35,409 nucleotides of DNA from Octopus bimaculoides. Lineage: Eukaryota. The position numbers and the translations under genes are program-made. Where the stretch lies: NCBI RefSeq assembly GCF_001194135.2, contig NC_069003.1, positions 17,334,477 to 17,369,885 of the forward strand. The letters run 5' to 3'. The notes under the pieces were generated by a model, which had not been told where the DNA came from, ran no database searches, and was given only the letters and a program-made list of their open reading frames with translations. Positions 1 through 9,434 of this stretch are shown one piece after another; position 1 is the first letter of the stretch, and each line of letters opens with the position of its first letter.

Positions 1-591
1 TCACTCTCCTATCTTAGAAAGAACTTTTCCCCCACCACCTCCTCTTCCGGTCTTTTCATCATGTAACCTCGTGGGCATCGGTACCATTTTCCTCTTTCTC
101 CGTTCTTCCATTCTCCGAACTTTCCATCTTTCCGACGAAGGGCTACGCCCGAAACATCATACACTCTCTCTTTCCTTTCCTGAGCGTCCAATAATACTAT
201 CCATATCACGTCCTCACTTTGTTGTTTTTTTGTTTCTTTGTTATTGTGTTTTTGAACTATATATATATATATATATATGGGCAACACACACACACACTAA
301 AAAAAAAAAAAAAGACAGGTATTTGTATGTATGTGTGTATTAATGTGTATTCTGTCTCTCTCTATATATATATGGTAGTAAGTAAATGCATTTTTAAGAA
401 AGATATTAAAAAAATTCAGTTTGTAGAGAATAAATGTTTGACTGTTGATCGTATTTGGAAGAGAATGACAGGTATTTGTATGTATGTATGTATGTATGAG
501 TGTGTATTCAAAAACATCTATATTTACACTTTAAAAGTTGGTTTTCACACTCAACCCTGTTCTGCAGAATCAGTGTTGCGACGGGAGGTTT

Positions 592-752
592 GTGCCCATC
601 TCTACGTTCTGAGTTCAAATTCCACCGAAGTCAACTTTGCCTTTCATCCTTTCGGGGTCTAAAAAATAAGTACCAGTTGAACACAGGGGTCGATATAATT
701 GACTATTCTCCACCTGCCACAAGCCGCCCTTGTGGGAAAAATTTCAAATAAT
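592..752 (+). mobile_element. tRNA-derived SINE family A, 5'-truncated fragment inside the Helitron
   Basis: B-box GAGTTCAAATTCC followed by gtcaactttgcctttcatcctttcgggg...aataagtaccagt, as in the full copy at 26606. Confidence 0.85.
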
Positions 753-898
753 AACAATAATAATGACCTCTGCCAATCAAACTCCCAACCCACAACTAAG
801 TGTTAAGTGTATATATATAAATATGGGCAACACACATACACACACACATATACACTAAATAAAAAAATGTTAGTAAGTAAATGTGTTTTAAAAAAGAT

Positions 899-986
899 CG
901 GTAAATTGTAAGATTAACACCCGCACATTTTCATTAGTGTTAGGGTTAGGTAAGTAATTGTGCGGGTGTTAATGTCAAGATTTACG
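899..986. mobile_element. Small TIR element with internal TTAGGG-like repeats
   Basis: The core inverted repeat ttaacacccgcaca / tgtgcgggtgttaa extends imperfectly to about 28 bp and encloses ttagtgttagggttagg. Confidence 0.7.
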
Positions 987-1537
987 AAAAGATTTTCAAA
1001 AAAACTCAGTTTGTAGGGAATAAATGTTTGTTGATCGTATTTGAAAAAGATGTCTCGCTATTTTTTTTGTTGTTATCATGGAAAAGGATGGAATTAGAAA
1101 TAACAATTCCCGCCAATTAGATTGAGGTCATTGGTAACCATAGGTACATATATATGTGTGTATTTACGTATGATTGGTAGTGTGTCTGTTTATTTGGTCT
1201 CTCACTCTTTTTCCTTCGTTTCTTCGTCTTTTTTCTTGGATCGTTCGTAAGTGTTCATAAGAGAAAGTAGCAATTGAAATGATTTGTAAGAGGAATAGAA
1301 ATAGTTAAGTAGATTGTTTTAGAGGGGCAAAGTAATTTTGTATGTAGTTTTATGGATTTTATTCGTAATTAGGAGTTATTTTGACTGAAAAAATGACGCT
1401 GTGACCTAACTTATTGTATTTAGAATATTGATTCTGATTCTTTCATTCAAGAAATTTGGAATTGTGTGAATGTATGAATTTTAATAATATACACACACAC
1501 AGAGAAAATCTGCCTTTTATAGATAAGATAAATGTAC

Positions 1538-1615
1538 CTTGTAGTTACATTGGAATGATAAAGTGCTATCAGGAAACCCAAGTTCTTGGCCCATTACTTC
1601 ATTGAGGTCTTCCAC
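1538..1615 (-). CDS. ESCO2: ESCO exon, 78 nt (VEDLNEVMGQELGFPDSTLSFQCNYK); gene continues left of the window
   Basis: ttactttctttcAG|GTG...AAG|GTACAT, phase 0-0. The VEDx..ELGF motif matches the ESCO acetyltransferase N-terminal part. I found no further ESCO exon in 1-1537. Confidence 0.93.
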
Positions 1616-1639
1616 CTGAAAGAAAGTAACATATATCAT

Positions 1640-2059
1640 CATAATTATAACAAGCGATCAGCTTTACAACTCACCACGCACTGCAAGAAATAAACGCTAA
1701 AGCCCCTATTACCAGTTTTAAATCTCCAAGAATAACACACTATATTGTAGGTGAGCAAAAGAAAAATAATGAATCAACAAGGTTTGGTTAACTGCGTACA
1801 AGATCGTGTTTCAAGCTTAAAGTAAAAAATATTTTACCTTTTGCTCTCATCAGCGACAGAATTCCATAGCATAAATTTACGAGTATCTGAAAATATGCAT
1901 GCGATCAGCAACATCGTATGACCAATATTCATCCACACTCGTAAAAATATACTGCAAAGTAGAATTCACATCTTTCTTTTAAGGTAGTAATAAAAGCTTT
2001 AGCATCTATTTCTTGCAGTGCATGGTGAGGCATAAAGCCAATCCCTTGTTATAATTATG
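1640..2059. mobile_element. MITE-like element, about 420 bp with about 64-bp imperfect TIRs
   Basis: 1640-1703 (cataattataacaagcgatcagc...ctgcaagaaataaacgctaaagc) is the reverse complement of 1996-2059, with scattered mismatches. Confidence 0.75.
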
Positions 2060-2960
2060 TATATAATTATAAAATATTTTGTAAAATTTACCTATGAGGT
2101 TTTTATTTCTGCACTGACCACCTGGTAAAATTGTTGATTTTACCCTTTTATTACAATTAATATTTGAATTATATATATAAATGAATATACATCTTTAATA
2201 TATTCCTGACGTGTGGGTAAGGGGATGTCTTTAAGAGATGCTTCCAGATTTATCTTCTCCATTTTTAAATATTTTATTAGAAATCCACTTCTACTATGTC
2301 TCTCGAATCATGACCTCAACAACATACAATTCTTGCTGGTAAGAACAAAACTTTTAAAATGGTTAGAGAAATTCAAAGGATTGCTTTGACCAAATGGTAG
2401 AACAGCTGTCATATTTATAGAAAATCTGTGTCTGGATCCCAGGGGCAGCCTTCAACTTTATTTATTTTTTTTAACCCAAGCTATTATTTATAGCTTTATC
2501 TAATTCAAGCTTCACCATTCTGAAAAAGACGTTTATATAAAATCATTTCAATATCTATTTTCCCATGCTTGCACAGATCACAACACCACATAAAAAGATC
2601 CTGTACTCTGTAAAGTGGTTGATGTTAGGAAGAGCATCTAGCTCCTGTCAAACTGACTCATGCCAGCATAAAAAACGTATGTTCAGTGATGATTACAATG
2701 ACGATGATGCAAATTTTCTACAGCTAGACACCCTTCCTGTTGCCTTACTTTCTTTTAAAGATGGTCAGATGTGATTCGAGTGAATTTGGTTACCACCTGT
2801 AACAGGTTAAACATTCACAGAAGATCCCAAGATTGGCCTATACCATAGAGTTAAGTACATTTTAAGGGTGACAGTTTGTGGTGAAAAATTTCTGATTTAC
2901 AACAACAAAAAACTAAGAAAAATACCCAAAATAGTTTCTGACAGCACAACCACAACTTAC

Positions 2961-3056
2961 CTTGCGGATAACATATTTTGGGTCATCGGGGAGAACAAGT
3001 ATGATGCGACATCCTGTTTCAGAATATTCTTGGACAACTCTTTCTTTCTTCCAACC
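2961..3056 (-). CDS. ESCO2: ESCO exon, 96 nt (GWKKERVVQEYSETGCRIILVLPDDPKYVIRK)
   Basis: ctaatttcAG|GGT...AAG|GTAAGT, phase 0-0. GWKKERVV and VLPxDP follow the zinc finger in ESCO1/2. Confidence 0.96.
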
Positions 3057-3142
3057 CTGAAATTAGTAGGAAGAAAATCAATAAATAAATAAAAACAAAA
3101 CAGAATTACAAGTAAATATGAAGATTGTGGGAAGGAGGGGTA

Positions 3143-3166
3143 TCATCATCATCATCATCATCATCA
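3143..3166. repeat. (CAT)n microsatellite
   Basis: Direct reading of the sequence. Confidence 0.9.
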
Positions 3167-3171
3167 ATACA

Positions 3172-3541
3172 CTGTAGATAATCTGCTTCACAGCCACATG
3201 GTTCCAGATTCAGTCTGTATGGCACCTCAGGCAAGTGTCTTCTATTATAGCCTTGAGCTGACCAACACCTTGTGAGTGATTTGATAGGTGAAAACTGAAA
3301 GAAGTTTGTTACATATAACATACATACACAAACACATATACATGTGTCCATCCCGTTACCTTTTGACAACCAGTATTTGTTCATTTACGTCACAGAAACT
3401 TAGTGGATCAGCAAAAAGAGACTGACAGAATAAGTAGCAGACTTAAAAAAAAATAAGTATTGGAGGCAATTTGTACAACCAAACTTTTCAAGGGAGTGCC
3501 CAAGCATGGCCACAGTCGAATGACTGAAACAAATAAAAGAT
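3172..3541 (+). mobile_element. tRNA-derived SINE family B (bipartite, central microsatellite), diverged
   Basis: ccacatggttccagattcagtc...ggcaagtgtcttctattatagc head and ...catggccacagtcgaatgactgaaac tail. It is the reverse complement of the copy at 16738-17090. Confidence 0.85.
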
Positions 3542-3814
3542 AATCCTTTTATTGGACAGTGGATCTCAAAATGCATAAAACTATAAATAATGACGTAAAT
3601 ATCGAATCCACATCTCCTGTAGACATGACAGGCATAGGGCAGTCATTAACTTTTCCTAGCCAAAAGAGTCTTTCAACCCAATATTTACATGGTATTAGAC
3701 ATAGCTTTATGCACTTTAAAATCTATTTAAAAAAAAATTTTAACGTGTTCTTTGTCAGCAATCATCTGCAAAAACATGTCTAGTCATGAGGAAATATCTT
3801 ACTTGGAAACAGGT

Positions 3815-3905
3815 GAGGGTTGGTGACAGGAAGGGCATCTGATGTAGAAAATCCACTCCAACAAAATCCCATGCATGAAAAAGTGGATGTAAAACCAAGG
3901 ATGAT
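3815..3905 (+). mobile_element. Degenerate short repeat sharing the RTE 3' tail (ggaagggcatc...gtagaaaa)
   Basis: Similar to the RTE tail at 7965-8090. Related decayed copies lie at about 2605-2715 (+), 4105-4260 (-) and 30855-31000 (-). Confidence 0.55.
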
Positions 3906-4304
3906 ATCTAGCCTTGGTCTCTGTTAAAGAAGCATCTACATCTGTACTTCTCAAACTTTCAACTGTTGTCTCCTTTCTTTTACTAACCGATTTTTAAACT
4001 ACATCAATTCATCTTCCTCACTCTTCCATGCTTGCATGAGCTGCACAAAATTTGTTGAAATGGAATTTTTAAGGCCAATACTTGTTTACAACCCTCACTA
4101 GTTTATGAGTTGGATGGAATTTATTGAGGCAGATTTTTCTAAAGCAGGTTGCACTTCCTGTCACCAACCCTCACCCATTTTTAAACAAGGTAATACTTGT
4201 CTCTGTCCAGACATGTTCTCACAGGATATTTGAAATGAATGAGTGCTTGCATGAGAGACACTTATTCACAAGCATATGATATTAAAACAAGACTCACACA
4301 TTTG

Positions 4305-4400
4305 ATGAACTTCTTCAGTTTCTATCTACTAAGTCCACTCAAGGCTTTGGTCAGCCCAAGGTACCATACAGTGGGACTCCATTTGGTTGGGAAGCAACCA
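4305..4400 (-). mobile_element. SINE family B head fragment
   Basis: cttcttcagtttctatctactaagtccactcaaggctttggtcagcccaagg...gtgggact matches the family B head. Confidence 0.75.
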
Positions 4401-4699
4401 CATTATTATTGTGGCTAGTAAGCTGTTTATCATAAAATTGCATTAAATATATTTTTTTAAATTAATATGAATGGTTAAGTCAAGATGTGAACAAGTGAAG
4501 GTTGGGACATGAACAAGTGTAAGTTGGAGTGCAAATGACTCAGCATGTAAATGAACATAGTTTAGGGTGTGAATGAGTGAGAATGTGGATCACAGTGTGG
4601 ACAAATGTGAGTGCAGAGCAAGATGTGAATGAATGTGACAAGATTGTAACAACACGGATCAAAGTGTAAAAAAAAAAATGTGATAAGGTATCAATGTGT

Positions 4700-4789
4700 T
4701 AAACGTAAAAAGGTGGATCTAAGCTTGATTAAATGTGAAAGGGTGGATCAAAGCCAGATTAAGTACGAAAAGGTGAATCAAAGTCTGAA
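4700..4789. repeat. 30-bp degenerate minisatellite (3 clear units, looser units back to about 4480)
   Basis: taaacgtaaaaaggtggatctaagcttgat / taaatgtgaaagggtggatcaaagccagat / taagtacgaaaaggtgaatcaaagtctgaa. Confidence 0.75.
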
Positions 4790-5046
4790 CATGGATGAAA
4801 ATATGCAGAGCTTAACTCATGAATTACATGTGAATGCATGGTTATCATATGAAGGTTTGAAAATCAATCAAAAATGTTGGTGTGAATAAATACAACATAT
4901 ATTAGTCCATTCTGAATATAAGTACATACAAGTATTTATGTGAATAACATCTGAACATCCTAGAATATGTAAGTGAACTAACCATGTGAACATGTTGCAT
5001 AGACAAAAAAACCACAAGTCAACAATATAAGTCAAACCAGACTGAC

Positions 5047-5178
5047 CGTAAACTTGAGAGTGGTCAACAGTGAGTAGTGGAATTTGGCATGTGTTGTTTC
5101 ATCAATAGGGTCAGCTCTTGTATAAAACATGCTGCATTGAGGACACTGTACGGCACCAAACCTTTTCTGTCCGGCATC
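5047..5178 (-). CDS. ESCO2: ESCO C2H2 zinc-finger exon, 132 nt (DAGQKRFGAVQCPQCSMFYTRADPIDETTHAKFHYSLLTTLKFT)
   Basis: ctctctacAG|GAT...ACG|GTCAGT. Contains Cx2Cx14Hx3H after DAGQK, diagnostic of Eco1/ESCO proteins. Confidence 0.96.
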
Positions 5179-5399
5179 CTGTAGAGAGATAAAAAGACGT
5201 GTGAGCCTGTCCCTCCAATGTACTTTAACCACTACAACTACCCCACAAAGAAAAACAGCCTTTGCCTTTCCCTTAGATAACATTGGTGTGGAAAGGGGAG
5301 GCTGGTATGCATGAGTAACTGCTGGTCTTACATAAGGAACTTTCTAGTTTGTAATCCCATGGTCATTCATGACCAAAGGTGGTCTTTTTTTGTAAATCT

Positions 5400-5584
5400 A
5401 ACCCAAATATTTGTTTTATGTTTAAACCAGCCAGGTCTGACCTTTTACACCTATTTTAGAATGCCATTCTAAAAATAAATCATCACATCATCAAAATCTA
5501 TGAAATAATGCATGATTAATTCAAAGCATTGTGAATAAATAAAACATTGCATTTGACAAAGTAATTTGAATGTTAAATGGTTAA
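5400..5584. mobile_element. Non-autonomous piggyBac-like MITE (right end ...aatgttaaatgg|TTAA)
   Basis: Homologous to 30358-30508 (aaaccagcc...aatgccatt.taaaaataaa...atgcatgattaattcaaa...tgtgaataaat). Ends in a GG-TTAA terminus typical of piggyBac. Superfamily assignment is inferred. Confidence 0.6.
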
Positions 5585-5606
5585 GGTATATGAAAATGAC
5601 ACTTAC

Positions 5607-5679
5607 CAAAGTCAACTGTTTAGCATCAGCACTGTCTTTAATGAATTTCGGCAACAGAATGCTACTCTCAGAAGCAGCC
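5607..5679 (-). CDS. ESCO2: ESCO exon, 73 nt (AASESSILLPKFIKDSADAKQLTL)
   Basis: Branch-like CTAAC upstream of tttAG, donor |GTAAGT. Phase 2 to 0. Joins the next exon to give QLTL-DAGQK, matching the conserved ESCO QLxxDAGQK motif. Confidence 0.9.
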
Positions 5680-6215
5680 CTAAATTTGGCACCAGATGGG
5701 AAACAAGTTAGTTTGGTGGCAGTGGTGGTGGAGAAAGAAAATTTAAAATTAAATGAAAGAATTTAGTAAATACTAACATCTGCACAGAAACTTGAACAGG
5801 TATGTGAGTGAGTGTGTACGTATGAGTACCCAGCTCTAGTAGACAATTTTCCAGCCTTTGAGAAAATGAGAGAGCCTGAGTGCAGGAAATAAACTGGCTA
5901 GAAATAATAGCTAAACCATTCAATAATGTAGTCTTTCACAGATATCCATAAAAAGCAGAATGGTCATGGAAGGAATATATTTCCTGAGTCTGCTGACTCA
6001 GGACCAGCCTGGGGTTATGTATCAACATGCATTGTCATTCGTACTATTCAAAAGACTTAACAAACAAAAGGTTGATAGTTCACAGACTGAAATATGTACT
6101 TTAAAAAGGTGGTGTTCCAGCATGGCTACAGCTCAATGGCTGACTAGCAAAAGAATAAAGCAATATGAAGGACAAGAGAAAGTAGGAACAAAAGCTGTGG
6201 TTATTAAAAACTCAC

Positions 6216-6279
6216 TTTAAAGAAGCTTGACGTAGCATGTTCCTTCTGTTGGAAAAGATTGGAAATAGGCGAGGCTTTT
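6216..6279 (-). CDS. ESCO2: ESCO exon, 64 nt (KPRLFPIFSNRRNMLRQASLK)
   Basis: Acceptor cttttttttcttttgcAG, donor |GTGAGT. Phase 1 to 2 bridges the large exon and the next exon exactly. LFPIF resembles the ESCO2 (Y/F)PIF motif. Confidence 0.85.
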
Positions 6280-6661
6280 CTGCAAAAGAAAAAAAGCATG
6301 TTCCTGCATTAATATTATTACAACTATATGCCCTGGAGGTATTTGATCAGAACTTAAGGACAGATGAGAATTAATTCTATAATGCAATCATTCTATTGTT
6401 CCAGTCCCAATTTGAATTCCAACTGTTGGTCAATTTTCCCAAAGTTCTTATCTCAACATAAAAATTAATAAAGTTAATGTCCTTTATCTCCCCCTTGATC
6501 TCTGATATCATCTGACAAATGCCAACCAAGATGGCATGAATCAGCCAAGCTTTACCTGCTAAAAATAGCAACCCAAATGCTTTTAAATCAGATCTCATTG
6601 CTGGATGTTCAAGAACCAAATGAAGAGCAGATTTTCAATCCCGGGATCATGCTAACTCCCA

Positions 6662-8104
6662 AAAGGTATAATATGTCTATGTAGAGCAAATGTGGACTGA
6701 GATACAGGGGCCCCGGACAGACAGAATTTTGCTGGTAAGACAGCTGCAGGAGAAATACCTAGCCAAAGATAAACCTCTGTACCTGGCTTTCGTTGACATG
6801 GAGAAAGCCTTTGACAGGGTCCCCTGCTCCCTTATCTGGTGGTCAATGAGGAAACTAGGGATAGATGAGTGGTTAGTGAGAGCTGTGCAAGCCATGTACA
6901 GTTTAGAGAGCTCTAACCTCTGCTGGTGACAAAGGGCCTCTCACTCAGAGTAAAAGGCAGACTGTATGACGCATGTGTACGAACAGCCATGCTACATGGC
7001 AGTGAAACATGGGCCGTGACTGCTGAGGACATGCATAAGCTTGCAAGAAACAAAGCCAGTATGCTCTGATGGATGTGTAATGTAAGTGTGCATATTCGAC
7101 AGAGTGTAAGTACCTTGAGAGAAAAGTTAGACCTAAGAATCATCAGTTGTGGTGTGCAAGAGAGACGATTGCGCTGGTATGGACATGTGGCAAGAATAGA
7201 TGAGGATAGCTGTGTGAAAAGTGCCACAGCCTAGCAGTTGAGGGAACCTGTGGCAGAGGTAGATCCAGGAAGACCTGGGATGAGGTGGTGAAGCACGACC
7301 TTCGAACTTTAGGCCTCACCGAGGCAATGACCAGTGACCGGAACCTTTGGAAATATGCAGTAATGAAAAGACCCGGCAAGGCAAGTGAGAACATAATCTG
7401 TGATCTCTGCCAGAAGTGTAGCCAGCTCACTAATCCATATCTTTACTTCATTGGACACTAAAAACCCTGCTTGCGAAGACCTGTTGAGACAAGTCAATTT
7501 GGAATTTGAAATTTAAAATCTGAAATCAAAATCAAACTAAATTCGACGACTGGCACCCATGCCAACCTCTCCTTCATTGGACACTAAACTCTGCTTGCGA
7601 AGACCTGTTGGGGCAAGTGAATCATAATTGAACCACACTCGATGACTGGTCACCGTGCCAGTGGAGCACTAACAGCACTGTCGAGTGTGTTCATTGCCAA
7701 AGCAGCTGTCTGGCTTCCGTGCTAGTGGCCTGTAAATAGCACCATTAGAGAGTAATTGTTACTAGCGTTGCCTTCTAGCACTTGTGCTGGTGGCACGTTA
7801 GAAAATCATTCGAGCTAGGTCGTTGCCAGTGCCGCTGGACTGGCTCCCGTGCAGGTGGCACGTAAAAAACACCTCTTTGAGTGTGGCCGTTGCCAGTACC
7901 GTGTGACTGGCCCTCGTGCCGGTGGCACGTAAAAGCACCCACTACACTCTCGGAGTGGTTGGCGTTAGGAAGGGCATCCAGCTGTAGAAACTCTGAGAGA
8001 TCAGATTGGAGCATGGTGCAGCCTTCTGGGTTGCCAGTCCTCAGTCAAATCGTCCAACCCATGCTAACATGGAAAGTGGACATTAAACGATGATGATGAT
8101 GATG
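6662..8104 (+). mobile_element. RTE-clade LINE (family 1), 5'-truncated with internal deletion, long 3'UTR and (GAT)n tail
   Basis: RT motif LYLAFVDMEKAFDRVP, then RLYDACVRTAMLHGSETW, LRWYGHV and RGRSRKTW across frames. Ends ...gtggacattaaacgatgatgatgat. Confidence 0.93.
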
Positions 8105-8128
8105 AAAAGCTATAATTAAGAATTGAAA

Positions 8129-8316
8129 TATTTGAATGCCTTTCAAAATTTATGGCAACATCTTAATTAATTTAGAAGTAATTATATGATACATTTCTTT
8201 GGGGCAAAGATCACATGGAGAATTACCAATATTTTACAATGGTGCATAACTAATAATGGATCACTTTAAATCATGCTTAAAGTTCCTATCTTTTAAATCC
8301 CAAATGCATTTACTAA
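8129..8316. repeat. Long inverted repeat, arm A
   Basis: Reverse complement of 12224-12440. Core 8239-8316 matches 12224-12301 at 77 of 78 positions. Confidence 0.92.
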
Positions 8317-8418
8317 GATACCTAGAATTACATTTTCTTCTATACTTAAATGAATGAGAATGATTATGAAATCTAGATTTCCAAATTGTAGCAGATGAAC
8401 CAATGTAATAATACTTAC

Positions 8419-8475
8419 GATTCCCTGTTATTTCCTTACATTGATAGACTATATTTTTCCTTAAAAACAGATTTC
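8419..8475 (-). CDS. Candidate optional 57-nt exon (phase 1-1; GNLFLRKNIVYQCKEITGN)
   Basis: ccatttAG|...aatc|GTAAGT. Of the three frames, only the one required by the flanking exons is open. The polypyrimidine tract is weak and I recognise no homology. Confidence 0.35.
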
Positions 8476-8583
8476 CTAAATGGCGTACAATTTTGTTTTT
8501 ACAATTGATTTATTCACTTGAATGTGGTACTCATATTTAAAAGAATTTCTATAAGGTCACTTCAAATTAGGCTTTAAGGTGGG

Positions 8584-8584
<1 letters not shown>

Positions 8585-8617
<33 letters not shown>
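8585..8617. repeat. (ATT)n microsatellite
   Basis: Direct reading of the sequence. Confidence 0.9.
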
Positions 8618-8619
<2 letters not shown>

Positions 8620-8703
8620 ACAATTAATATCAAAATAAGGTGATGACCTAACTGCATGATCCAAGTCATAATTACTTCTAGAAGGTTGAATACTTTATAC
8701 TAC

Positions 8704-8876
8704 TTGTTTTAATCATTAGACTGAAGGTAAACTTCAGGAAGACAAAGGTGACAGTGAGTGGGTTAGAAGAAGTGTTAGTAAGGTTGATCCATGTGGTGTA
8801 TATGGGAGGAGGATAACGGCAAATGCGGTGTTGTGTACGAGGCACATGTGTTTGAGGGATGTAAAGAGTATGTTCT
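8704..8876 (+). mobile_element. RTE family 2 fragment, inverted relative to 9650-9775
   Basis: Encodes KVNFRKTKVTVSG..VDPCGVY-like remnants and is the reverse complement of part of the RTE at 9435-11560. Confidence 0.75.
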
Positions 8877-9100
8877 TTACTTGTTTTAGTCATTAGACTG
8901 TGGTCATGCCAGGGCACTGCCTTGATGAATTCTTAGTTGAATGAATTGACTGCAGTACATTTTTTTTTTTTATAAAGGCTGGTACTTATTTATTAATATC
9001 TTTTGCCAAACTACTAGGTTACTGGGATGTAAATACACCAACACCAGTTGTCAAGTGGTAGTGGGGGACAAACACACATGCACAAACATAAAAGCCCATC

Positions 9101-9146
<46 letters not shown>

Positions 9147-9270
9147 GACAGGCTTCATGCAGTTTCTGTCTACTAAATCCATTCACAAGGCTTTGGTCAG
9201 CCCAGGACTGTAGAAGACATTTGCCCAAAGTGCCATGTAGTGGGAAGCAAGCTTTATACCAAACAACCAC
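8875..9270 (-). mobile_element. SINE family B with central (TA)n
   Basis: Matches 16738-17090 along its length. Confidence 0.88.
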
Positions 9271-9434
9271 GCTTGCGCCTAGTATGACGATTAAATAATT
9301 TCCCATTTTTACTTGAAGGTGGAAAATACTGATCTAGTGCAGCAAAGAATTTTCGAGGGATATTGGTAGCTATTGAATGAGAATGGAACATTACACCAAA
9401 TAATATTTATTGATCTATTTTTTCTATTATCTAT

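Larger units (their letters stand above)
278..1528 (-). mobile_element. Non-autonomous Helitron, copy 1 (5' end at 1528; 3' end not identified)
   Basis: The minus strand begins A|TCTTATCTATAAAAGGCAG. Blocks 485-660 and 1100-1528 are homologous to 32796-32962 and 33815-34210 of the complete copy. The left boundary is approximate. Confidence 0.7.

Noticed and set aside
7680-7960. Recurring ggcacgtaaaa(a)gcacc motifs resembling a CRISPR-like array
   Set aside because: Eukaryotic RTE 3'UTR internal repeats with irregular spacing and related spacers; no cas genes.
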